Assembly: GCA_951406725.2 (NCBI GenBank)
Contig: OX597824.1
Location: forward strand, 40,734,001-40,798,000
Reading direction: 5' to 3'
Source: Octopus vulgaris
Taxonomy: Eukaryota
Length of the DNA: 64,000 bases
The translations under genes were made by a program, and so were the position numbers. Under the pieces are notes generated by a model. That model had not been told where the DNA came from and ran no database searches. It saw nothing but the letters and a program-made list of their open reading frames with translations. Shown in pieces: positions 52,682 through 64,000 of the stretch (position 1 is its first letter; every line of letters begins with the position of its first letter).

Positions 52682-54021
52682 ATCATTGTGTGTGTGCACA
52701 CAAATATGCATATGCATATCATATTTGGGTCTCTTGCTCAATATGTCCTTGTAAAATCTCCAACTGATGATCTCTCATCTATAATTCAGTCATTTCCCTA
52801 TCATGCACCTTTTCTGTTTGCTATATTATTTTGCTACTGTAACTAAGGAATGCAGTATTTGATACACCATATCATCATCCTTTCTGCACTGCTACTCATG
52901 CCAATTTGGAAAGCAACGTTAAATAATGGTGGTGGTGGTGGTGGTGCTGCTGCTGATGATGATGATGATGATGATGACAACTATAATGAGGATGATGATG
53001 ACAACTATAATGAGGATGATGATGGTCAACATCTTGACCACTTCCATTTGAAGAATGCATGAACTAAATCTGTTTTGCCAGTGAAATTAATGGATTTCAT
53101 GGTTGCCAGCTTAAATAAGCATTTCTACTGTTTCCAAGTTCCTTGAATTCAGCATTTCATAAATTTTTAATCGTTCTCTCTCAACATATCACTAAAAAGT
53201 GCTCAAAGAAGTGGCATTTTATGAAAATATGAACTTGCATAATGTTACATGATGTTGCATATTGTAACATGTCCAAGTTATATAATGTACCTGTGTTCTA
53301 AATTAAAATTGCTATGGAAGCATACGTAGTAATAACCAATAAAACCCATTCGTTTCATCTGTATTACTATAAATTACACCGCATCAAATGTACCAATTAT
53401 TCCCTTGATACATGCTTGGATTTGCAGAATATCTGATGTCAGTGAACTAACCATGCAACTCTACATTGACTGCTGTCTTGAATGTTAAATTACCTAGAAT
53501 ATTTAGAATGAACTGTCTAGCCAAAAGGTGGTGTGCTTTGATGTTGATTCGCCATGATCTGATTTAATTGGTCCCCCCTTTTTTTATGATATATATACAT
53601 ATATATATATATATATATGCCAGCCAGACACCCTACTTCGAACGGGCTCCTGTGCTGGTAGCACATAAAAAGCACCATCTAAATGTGGCTGATGCCAGTG
53701 CCACTGGCTTCTGTGCTGGTGGCACGTAAAAAGCACCCACTACACTCTCAGAGTGGTTGTCATCAGAGTGGAAGAGCATCCAGCTGTAGAAACATTGCCA
53801 GATCAGATTGGAGCCTGGTGTGGCCACCTGGCTTGCCAGTCTCCAGTCAAACCGTCCAACCCATGCCAGCACGTTTTTGAGTTGGCATATAAAAGTTCCT
53901 ATTTTATTATGTTGGCTACAGCCTTATAATACCAACTAGCAATAGCAGTTTTATGAGATTGAATTGAACTGTACTGAATGAGCATAGTGAGCATTAAAAT
54001 ATTTACAAATTCTATCCATGG

Positions 54022-54062
<41 letters not shown>

Positions 54063-54456
54063 TATTATTATTACTATATATATGCAGCATAATCTCCATA
54101 AGCTACAAATTCTTAAGCAAGTATAATCCAACAAGATCTTAGAACCATAAGAACACAAAATATAAAAGGTTCACTCAAGAAGCACATCAATTTCATATAC
54201 ACCCAATCTTCAGCTACTTTGCAGATATCATTATGGTTTTGACACCTAGACAGTATTGTTTAATGCTGTGGTGCCAACAGTGTTAAAAACATAAATGATA
54301 CCTGGGAATTCACACACACACATATAGTAGCAAGTAAAGGTAATAAACCTCATTAAGGGATCATAAATCCAATGAAAAAATTGGTTATTTACCAATATAT
54401 AGAAAGATCAACTATAAAGTAATCATATAAACTGCAGTTCATATATATATATATTT

Positions 54457-55255
54457 AAAGAAAAAGGAGAAAATTGAGAGGTAATTAATAAAAATTATTT
54501 ATTAATTATAAAATATGACAATATCTCTGATAACTATTTCAATTCAGATATCTTTAGATAATTAATTTATAAAGTTAAAATTATTATAAAACAAATCTCT
54601 TCAGAGGTAGTAAGGATGGACCAATTAGAAATACATGTTGAGATAACATGTACTTAGATAATTTAGATAACATGTTGAGATAACGCATTTAGATAACATG
54701 TTGAGATAAGATGTAACATAGCCATTATCTCAACATGTATTTCTAATTGGTATATCCTTACTACATCTGAAGGGATTCATCTTATAATGATTTTAATTTT
54801 ATAAATTGATCATCTAAAGCAAAGGTTCTCAACCCATTTTGGCCAAAGGCCCCCTTTTCACCCTTGGAGTCACAAATGGCTCCCCCTAGAAAATATTTTT
54901 ATTTTTCAATATACTACTTATTTTGATATCAGCAGATAATGATTAACAAAATAAAGGTTGTTGTTTTACATATGCGCTTGTACACAGTCAGGAGTACAGA
55001 TGTACAAATTGAAATTCAAAAAAAAAAGAAAACGAAATAATGAATTGAAAGTTTGGTAATTAGGTTTATTTCCACCATGCAACACTTATGAGATCAACGT
55101 GTTGTCTATCGAAAGAGTACTCTTTGGTACATGAGAACCCCTTTGCTCCAAAAAGCCCCCCCCCCTCTCGAGCTCCAAATGGCCCCCATTGAAAACCTTT
55201 GATCTAAAGATTAATAAACAATTTTTATTAATTACCTCTCCATTTTCTTCTTATT

Positions 55256-55260
<5 letters not shown>
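54457..55260. mobile_element. AT-rich fold-back element, probably Penelope-like terminal repeats in inverted orientation
   Basis: 54470-54505 is inverted at 55210-55245, and 54552-54646 is inverted at 54726-54819. Flanked by (TA)n; contains a decayed hammerhead core. Confidence 0.55.
54820..55201. mobile_element. hAT (Charlie-like) MITE
   Basis: Perfect 8-bp TSD ATCTAAAG (54812-54819 and 55202-55209); TIRs CAAAGGTTCTCAA / TTGAAAACCTTTG. Confidence 0.9.
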
Positions 55261-55296
<36 letters not shown>

Positions 55297-55298
<2 letters not shown>

Positions 55299-56107
55299 GG
55301 GTGTAATGGGTAAATGGTTGTCATTTCATATTTTTAATTTCACGCATGCTCATTGTTTGTTTTTTTTGTTGACTACACAGTATGGTAGGGTCACCTTGGC
55401 ATTTGCACCGGAAGCTCCAATGCGAATATTTCAGAGTGTTTGGGTCTCAATCTGAGGACTGTGCAATCTTAGGAGATGTACCAAGAGCAATAAAAATCAA
55501 ACACCCAGTTAACATCATGGTGCTTGGAGTGATCACTAGTGATGGTAACATTGTGCCTCCATTTATCTTCCCACGTGGCTTGAGACTCAACATGGAGACC
55601 TACATCAAGAGCCTGGAGGAGGTAGTGCTGCCCTGGGTCAAGAGGGTGGTCGCTGGAAGACCCTATGTCTGGCAACAAGACTCTGCACCATGTCACACAA
55701 GCAGGAGAAACCAGTCATGGCTGTCAGACAATTTCTACAATCACATCACCTCTAACATCCGGCCACCTAACACCTCAGACTGCAACCCCCTTGATTATTA
55801 TGTGTGTGACACAGTTGAGTGAGAGACCCAAAAAAACTTCTTGTAACACCAAAGATGAACTTAAGACAAGGATTATGGCAGCATTCACCAACTTGAACCA
55901 GGAGACTGTCCACAAGAGTTGCAGGAGACTCCAAAGTCAACTGGAGGCTGTGGTTGAAACCAATGGCAATTTTATTGAATAAATTCACCCTTTATTATTT
56001 CAAGATATATTTTTATGTAATTTTGGTAAATATATCTGTTACAATGAGATGTTAGTGTTATTTTTATTTTTGCATAATTTAGACGACAGTTTATTCACCG
56101 TACCTTG
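55297..56107 (+). mobile_element. maT/DD37D transposon, internally deleted
   Basis: YVWQQDSAPCH...DCNPLDY with 37 residues between the two Asp; imperfect CAGGG-type TIRs. Confidence 0.85.
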
Positions 56108-56939
56108 TGTATATGTATGTATGCATGTATATATGTATGTATATATATATGAGTGTGTGTGTGTATATATATATATTGCTACGTTAAAAGCACCCACCAC
56201 TCACTGTAAAGTGGTTGGCATTAAGAAGTGCATCCAGCCATAGGAACCAAGCCAAATCAGACTGGAACCTGGTGCAACTCTCCTGTTTGCTGGTCAAATC
56301 GTCTAAACTATGCCAGGAGGGAAAACGGACGCTAAAAGATGATGATGATGAAGTATGTGTGTGTGTGTGTGTGTGTGCACGTATATACAATTTTTAATGG
56401 AGTGGTTTTACGCAATTATACAAAGCTTAAGATACAGAAACTACTTATATTTTGTTGAGTGAGTATAATTATTGCATGCGAAAGAGAGGGGAGAGAGAGA
56501 GATAGATAGATATGACTATTACAAAAGATAACCTCTCTTAAAATTTTTGTTTCAGAGATAACTTTATGCTTCACATAAATAAGAAGGGAAGGTACTAGCA
56601 TCAAAATTTGAGAGGCTAACAAAACCTCTAGATGCAACATTGCGTTTGTTACATGTATTCATTTTTTTGAAATAATTGAAGCAAATTAGATGTTTAAGGA
56701 AAATTAATTTTTATGGCATTAAAATATTTTCTTTGGCAATTCTCTACTTATCTAGTAAATATTTTTGAGATAGTTACCATAATTTGCAAATATGACATTA
56801 AAATGTAAATTATACAACTTCAAACATTTGCAAAAATCTAAGAATATACTATGAATAATTTATGTAATTTAAAATGTATAGTGAGTATGCAATATCACTA
56901 AATTTTATTTACGCATGTGTATTTGATATCAAACGGAGA

Positions 56940-57386
56940 ATAACAAAAGGTGGGGCATAAAGGTGGGCATATCGTCAAGCGAGATAACTCGAAAGTTGGA
57001 GAGATCACGTGCTTTTGCACACAGCGCCCCATATCAGAAGCTCTATACTTGGTGAGTTGGCGCCAACAGGAATTACTACAATGACTACTATATATTCATA
57101 CAGCTGCCCCCACTGCTAATAGGAAGTAAAAAAAACACGAGAAATTAACTAAAATAATATCGACCCATTTATGTTTTTAAGAGGTTGGAAAATAATTCTG
57201 AACAAAATCCACTCGGAAAGGAATGTATTATGACAAAAAATATACGTTAATTATACAAGTCGACGAACACTATTTCATCTTCGCCTTTTTCCGTTGTGTT
57301 TTTTTTCTTTCTATCACCCTCTCTTACTTCTTTCTGCGAGCCTACTGCCACTACCGCTGCTGCTGCTGTCGTGAGGCCCTGCCAAC
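56940..57386 (+). promoter_or_regulatory. Promoter / 5' UTR of the ZNF839-like gene
   Basis: CpG-retaining unique DNA with E-box TCACGTG (57005-57011), ETS-like AGGAAGT (57121) and a pyrimidine-rich leader before the ATG. Confidence 0.45.
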
Positions 57387-59292
57387 ATGGCGGACCAGCG
57401 AAGTGCTACTGGTATCATAGAACAACATAATGTTGTTGTGGTTGCCGGAGGTAGTTCTGCTGAATTGCCTGCGATGGTTGTACCTACTGGAGACAGTCTG
57501 ATTGTATCAGAAGAATTAACTGAACAATCAGTTAACCAAGAACAACAACAATCCGAAGGTGTCCGAGATATTTTGCAGCAGACCATGTCAGAAACGGTTC
57601 CAGAGGAAAGTCTTACTTCAGTCAAATATGCACAGTCCACTATTGACAATAACAACACTTCTACAGAAAGTGTCGTCAGTGTAGTTGGTCCAGCTGGAGA
57701 TATTGTTAACTCTGTTGTGGAAAATAGTACCGTTCTTCAATCTGCTGTCACTACAGAGACCATTACATCGCCGTCAGTTACTGGTTCAGTATCTACTGTG
57801 GACACTGTACAACATGCAGTCAACGTTGTTTCATCTTTATCCATTCCGCAAGTTGTCCACATTGCTCAGCCGCAAGTGCAAGAAAGTACGACAGGATCAT
57901 CTCAACAGGAACGTTCTACCACTGTGGTTGTTGTTTCCAGACAAAACGATGACAAAGGACATCAAGTTGTTGACGGTGTACTCGTCCCCGAAATACATGA
58001 AAATGTCGTTGTTGGAGCCAATAGCGGTGAAAATCAGCCAGACACTAATACTGACAACAGTTTTGTCGATGGTACTGGGGACTTTTCTATAGTCACTACT
58101 GCAAATCTCTCTGAACAACCGTCGTCATTATCGGAAACTATGTCTATGAGTGAAGTAGCATCATCTGTGACAGGTGTTGAAGATGAAGGAGGTAGTGATA
58201 GCGCAGCAACAGCAGTGGCTGCTAATGCTGCTGCTGCAGGGGTCCAGGAGACATTTCACCAAGATTTAGTGAACACACATACTACAACTTTACCTATACA
58301 TGTCATTACCACTAACAGAGTAACCACAACAAACAACAACACGGTTAATAATAATAACACCAACAATGACCGAAACGATCTCGTACACCATCAACTTCAG
58401 AATCTGCAACAACAACAGCAGACTGGTGATGTTTTAGAGACGGAAGAAGAAATGATGGGTTCAGATATAGGCACACAGAATATAGTGGTGGAACAACAAT
58501 TTGTAAACAACGAGAACGGATGTTTGGCGAACGACGAAAATGCCGACGAGGCAAATGATAACAACTCGTCTCGCAATGGTATTACACCACAAAACAGTAT
58601 CAGCATCACTCTTGCACCTTCTAATGATGAAAGTGGGGCTCCTTTGGGTTCCAGCCAAAACCCTATCCGTATTATTCAACAAGGGAATCAATATACACCG
58701 TTGCAGCAGCTGACTACGGATCAACTACAACAAATTATGCAAGTCGTACAGCAACAACAGCTAGCTCGCAGCACGCAAGCTGAGGGTTCGAGTATTCTGT
58801 ATAACCCTCAGACCAACACTAGGATCGTCTATAGAGTGATCTATCCGTCCGAACTCCACAAATCTGTTACCAGCGGAGAAGTTGAGAGTTCTAGCTCAGA
58901 CGGAACTACATTGCAGACTCGAGTGGAAACTCAGTCACAGGGTCAACAAACAGTGACGTTCAATCAATTACAACGGAGACCTTATCGACGGCGGAACAAA
59001 GAAGAAGAGGAGAAAATAGACGGACCCGAACTAAGCAAGGAAGAGAAAGAGGAACGTAAAAAACATCGGCCCAGGACTAGGTCAGGTCGTGTATCGAAAC
59101 CTCCTAAACACATGGTAAAAGATTATAAACATATCCACGTGCTTGATTGGGACGAGGACTATGATGATTCGGATGGGGGTTACTCTGATTTTAAGTACAG
59201 CGAAGACGAAGAAGCTGAACGAAGGGCTGCTGCAGCCGCTGCCGCCCGAAGTGGTAATCTAGAAGTCCTTGATGAACCCTACATCCACCCAG
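57387..59292 (+). CDS. ZNF839: First coding exon of a ZNF839-like protein (long low-complexity N-terminus; gene continues beyond this exon)
   Basis: 641-codon ORF with strong Kozak (gccaacATGG) and phase-1 donor CCA G|GTAAGT at 59292/59293. The motif RTRSGRVSKPPKHMVKDYKHI followed by acidic DSDGGYSDF resembles, from memory, the KTRSGRISRPPKYKAKDYK..SDSDDYSE motif of ZNF839. The CDS is very likely; the name is less certain. Confidence 0.8.
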
Positions 59293-62200
59293 GTAAGTTT
59301 AATCATCGATAGTATTCACAAGCTTTCTTTCTCTTGGCTTCATCAAAAACATCTCTGTTACTCGTTATCATTCCATATCTGTATTTGATTATAAGGTATA
59401 ATGGCTTTGACATGGTGGGGTTGGATTGCATACACGATTTACAATATAGAGCCAACGGGAGAACTTCTACGTGGTCATTCGATCTGCGAGAAAGAGCAAC
59501 CAAAATTCCCTCAAAACACCCTACTAGTTGGTGTTACATAGTCCTTACAGGATGGTCACGGCTGATATGCCTTTAATCATACGTTTGCTCAAACTATGCT
59601 GACGTTAGTTAAAACAACAGGACGAACAAGATTTAAATTGGTGTCCCATTTAAGTTCCGAGTTTACATTTATTTCCTCGTACAGTGACAAGGAATCGAGA
59701 AAAGATTAATCAATAAGTAATACACTCCTTTATGGAAAAGGGCTACTGTCTGGGAAATAAGTTATTTTTGAAAGATTTGCAAATATTACGCAATTTTCCA
59801 TTTGTTTGCATGTGGCTTCGACACTTAATATTTGTTATTACCCCAGCTCTTAACTTTGTTAGCACTAAGAGAGAAGGGTTCCCGTAGAACAGTTATGGTC
59901 AAGATAAGGAGTTGCTGTTAGGATCCATCCGCTGTTTTTATTTTTCTCTTATCACTTTCGTAACTCAACATTTTGTCCAATTGTTTGTTAAATTCTAAGT
60001 AAAAATCTATTTCCCCCTCATTTTTTGCACCTGAAATCTAATCCACTCAAAGATGAGAGCCAGAATTTTTGAAAACGTGCAAAAATTAACATTGTTCATT
60101 GTATGACGTTAATTTCTTTAGGAGTGGGGATTATATTGAGACTTACACGATTAGACACTGACCACCACTACCACCCCACTTTCAGTGTGTGAGAATACAA
60201 ATGTAAGGTTGCTGTGTATGTGCCTGTATATGCATGCGCACAACACTCGGTTGCACTCGTGCTACATACAAATGTCAAAAATATGAGAGACGTAAAGGTA
60301 GTGTGTTACGATTATATCAGTTTAGGAAGAGCGCAATATTCTTTTTCACAAGTGAGTATTTAACTCATTCCAAGAGTAGTTCTAGTTGAGTGAAACCCAA
60401 GCAAGCAACCACTGAAAGAAAAGCGAAGTCATCACCAAGAAAACTGTCCAGAAATTAAAATTGTTTTATGTTGTTATTTTTGTAAGATGAATATATCATC
60501 GTCTCTAACAAATTGATTGTGAATAAGGAATATGTATACATACATTCATAATAACTTGAATGTAGCATCAAGTTATTCATTCTAAATAAAGATGAATGAA
60601 GAAATATAAACATTTATTTTTATACTAGAGTGAGGGGCCACTGCCCATCCTTTCTAGTAGGTCATATTATTCGAAGTTCCTGTCTAATGATTTTCTAATT
60701 TCGATGCAAGATCAATTTTGAGGGGAGAGAATTAGTTGATCTCATTGATCCCAGTAGTTGACTGCTACTTCATTTTATCAACCTCGAACTGCAAGATTGG
60801 AACTCCTGGCATTAAGAGACGTAACTAAATACTGCAATGTATTTTGTTCGTATGACGCTTTAACAATTCTGCCAATCTATCGCCTGCAAAAACTTTTGTA
60901 ATTTAGGCACAATGCCAGCAGTTTTGAGGGGTCGGGGTCAGTCAATACTATCAACTTGCGTACATGGCTGATGCTACATTTTATCGTCCCTGAAACGGTG
61001 CAACGCAAAGTTGACCTTGGTGAGATATGAACTCAGAACATCAAGGAGCAGAACTAAAATGCTGCAGTGCTCTCTGACACTTCTACTAATCACATCCTTA
61101 TAATAATAACAAACCATAGCGGTATTAAAGAGATTATTTTCTGTAAGGTAGTGTATTTAGGTAATCTGTGGTGATGTTTGTTTTACAAATAGAATCGCAT
61201 GCAGCGGTGATTATTGATTTCTCAGCTGCTTGTTAGTAATACCGTCTACAGAAATTTAATAGGGGCCTGAATGTGTGTACACGCATATACACACAGGCGT
61301 GGTTGTATGGTAAGAAGTTTGCTCCCCCAACCACATACTTCTGAGTTCAGTCCCCACTGCATGGCACCTCGGGCAAATGTCTTCTGGTATAGTCTGGGCT
61401 GACCAAAGCCTTGAGAGTGGATTTGGTATACAGGAGTCTATCATATATGTGTGTGTGTGTGGTGGGAGGAGGGCACATGGCCTAGTGGTTAGATTGTGGT
61501 TTCCATTCCTGAACAAGTCGGTCTGTTGTGTTCTTGAGCAAACACTTCACCTCATGTTGCTCTGTGATCACTTTGACACCTGACATGTGGTGTACTATGT
61601 ACCTGTTCAGGCAACATTGATTTGATGGAAGGTGTGAGCAAATAATGTACAGCACAAACATTTGATCACTATAAACAAATCATTTATGCAGGTTTTCCAA
61701 CAAGGAATTGCAGAACTGTGTCTCTTGGACTATGAAAAATTACCTTCATCAAATATATGTATATATATATATATATAGGTGCAGGTGTGGCTGTGTGGTA
61801 TGAAGCTTGCTTCCCAACCACATGGTTCCTTGTTCAGTCTCATTGTGTGTCACCTTGAGCAAATGTCTTCTACTATAGCTTTGAACCAACCAATAGAACA
61901 AGTACTAGGCTTACAAAGAATAAGTCATGAGGTCGATTTCTTTGACTAACACCCTTCAAGGCGGTGCTCCAGCATGGCTGCAATCAAATGACTGAAACAA
62001 GTGAAAGAATATATATATATATATACTCTTTTACTTGTTTCAGTCATTTGACTGCAGCCATGCTGGAGCACTGCCTTTAGTCGAAGAAATCAACTCCAGG
62101 ACTTATTTTTTGTAAGCCTAGTACTTATTCTATCGGTCTCTCTTGCCGAGCCACTAAGTTACGGGGACATAAACACACCAGCATCGGTTGTCAAGTAATG

Positions 62201-62689
62201 TTGGGGGACAAACACGGACACACAAACATATACACACACTCACACATATCTATACACATATATACAACGGACTTCTTTCAGGTTCCATCTACCAAATCCA
62301 CTCAGCCTGAGGCTATATAGTAGAAGACACTTGCTCAAGGTGCCATGCAGTGGGACTGAACCCGGAACCATGTGGTTGGTAAGCAAGCTACTTACCACAC
62401 AGCCACTCCAATATATATATATACAGTGGTGGCCTGGGTCTAAAAGCATTGGTTGCCAGGAGTCTAAGGGGGCCCACCCACAATTACAATGCTATAATTT
62501 TTTTTTTTTTGTTAAAAGTATTCTTTTCAACTGTCTACACAGCCAGGCTTTTCCATGCTGCTTTGTTTTTAATGTAAGAGCAGGTATGTCATTATCCTTC
62601 AAAACAAGGGTTGACTCTGCTTTGAATTGTAAAACACCTCATACTGTAGAACATTAACAGACCTCTTATTTTCCCTTCTAGTAACTTGA

Positions 62690-63040
62690 TATAGTACTCT
62701 ACTGCCACTTTCGGTCTTTCCAAGCTGTCTCTTTTATGGTGTTATCAGCAGTAGTATTCCACCACTAAATCACTTTCTATCTGGTTGAGGCATTACTCCA
62801 GTTACAAATTTGATCTATAGCCCTTGGTAGGTTTTCTTGAAAGAACTCCCAGTCGTCGTCTATGTTATAAGTTTCTATCTCCTCTTCCTTTTTGTTTAAT
62901 GTCTCAACTCAAACTTATCTGAATTTCAAATTCTTCAATGGATCTTTAAAGCTTCTGTCTCTTCCATCTCGAAACTGTTTTGGGTAGCCTGAGTCTATCC
63001 AACTCTTACCCTCAAATCACTAACCACTAACTTTATATAG
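62690..63040 (-). mobile_element. Degraded RTE LINE fragment (post-endonuclease, WWN region)
   Basis: Weak minus-strand remnants LKDP..., IDDDW..F.E....A.DQIC and WWN. Confidence 0.45.
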
Positions 63041-63049
63041 AGTGAAACA

Positions 63050-64000
63050 CATAATCAGTCTTCATAAAATTAGCAAAGCAGTGCTCTTCATGATACAGTC
63101 CAACAGCTGTCAAAGTTAGTTATTTATTGATTAACTGGGCAAAGCTTAGGTGTTCTGGAAACTGAATTTGTCTAAATTGAAAGGGTACATTTGTAGGTAT
63201 GTCTGGAATTCTGGATATAATTGCATCTCCTCCCTTGGTGTACCTGCTGAAAATAATAGTATATCAATGACATATAGCATAAATTTTCTAATCATTAGTC
63301 TTGTGATTTTGCATAACCACACCTGATCTTAATTACACTGCAGCAGTATTGAGGATCCTTTTTGTAGCTGATGTCTGCATGGTTGGACACCTGAAGGTTT
63401 CAGTGAAGCATCTCTCTACATTAAATTCCACTGGACATCAGTCTTCACAGCAACCCAAGTTCAAACATCTCTCTCTATTGGTTGTACAAACTTTCTCACA
63501 GTTTGAAGATCTTGAATTGAACTTGTTGAATCCTAGAGTATCTTTATGAATGGTAAAGACAAAAAAAGCACCTGAAAACTTCATAACTGCTGATACATTG
63601 TCCCTGTTGGAATTTGGTAACTTCTCTGTCAGAGCAAACACTGTAATTTCAGATCTCTTGATGACATATTTACAGGTATATTTGATTAACCTGATTGAAT
63701 TGCAGGATTCGAAATTGACATGTACCTTATGCCTTGATCAGGGATACATGGTAGGGAGCTATCCATTTGTTGCTCATTTCCTGCTGTCCAACCAAATTTT
63801 CAAAGCTTCCAACTTATGATGCTCTTTTATCTGTAGAAGAGATAAAGGGATAGCCATCTTCACTTGTTTGGGTCTCTGTGACAAATGGAAACCATTTGGT
63901 GCAGTTATTGTCTTCCATGTAAAGTGAATTCATAATGAGTTCCCAACAGGGACCATGAATCGGCTGGGTTTTAATAATGCAGAGGAGATCTGTAGATATG
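63050..64000 (-). mobile_element. Helitron Rep-domain remnant (continues past the window end)
   Basis: IHGPC..NS..MEDNNCTK.FP..T.TSEDGYP, NKWIAPY and HVNFESCNSIRLIKYTCKYVIKRSE, matching the Helitron HINVE.C...IKYL.KY..KG.D motif; stops and frameshifts. Confidence 0.8.

Overview
AT-rich, microsatellite- and transposon-dense eukaryotic DNA. The SINE/LINE repertoire and (TA)n/(CA)n/(TAA)n/(CATA)n landscape strongly resemble an octopus (coleoid cephalopod) genome; this is an inference. Two protein-coding genes can be supported. (1) A complete 4-exon minus-strand gene, absent as a whole from the ORF track: exons 42431-42521, 15361-15543, 12103-12237 and 10715-10878, all GT-AG and phase 1, with a 26.9 kb first intron. 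It encodes a 190-aa divergent ARF/ARL-family small GTPase that has lost the catalytic Gln and much of the ARF switch signature. (2) The 1.9 kb first coding exon (57387-59292) of a divergently oriented plus-strand ZNF839-like gene. The rest is mariner, maT (DD37D), Tc2/pogo, hAT and piggyBac-type DNA elements and MITEs, Helitron/Helentron remnants, RTE, CR1, R4/Dong-like, HERO-like and jockey-like LINE fragments, several tRNA-derived SINE families (including an ~11-copy head-to-tail array) and many fold-back inverted repeats, one carrying a decayed Penelope-type hammerhead ribozyme. Most short ORFs in the track are microsatellite or TE artefacts. TE boundaries are approximate where no TIR/TSD is given.
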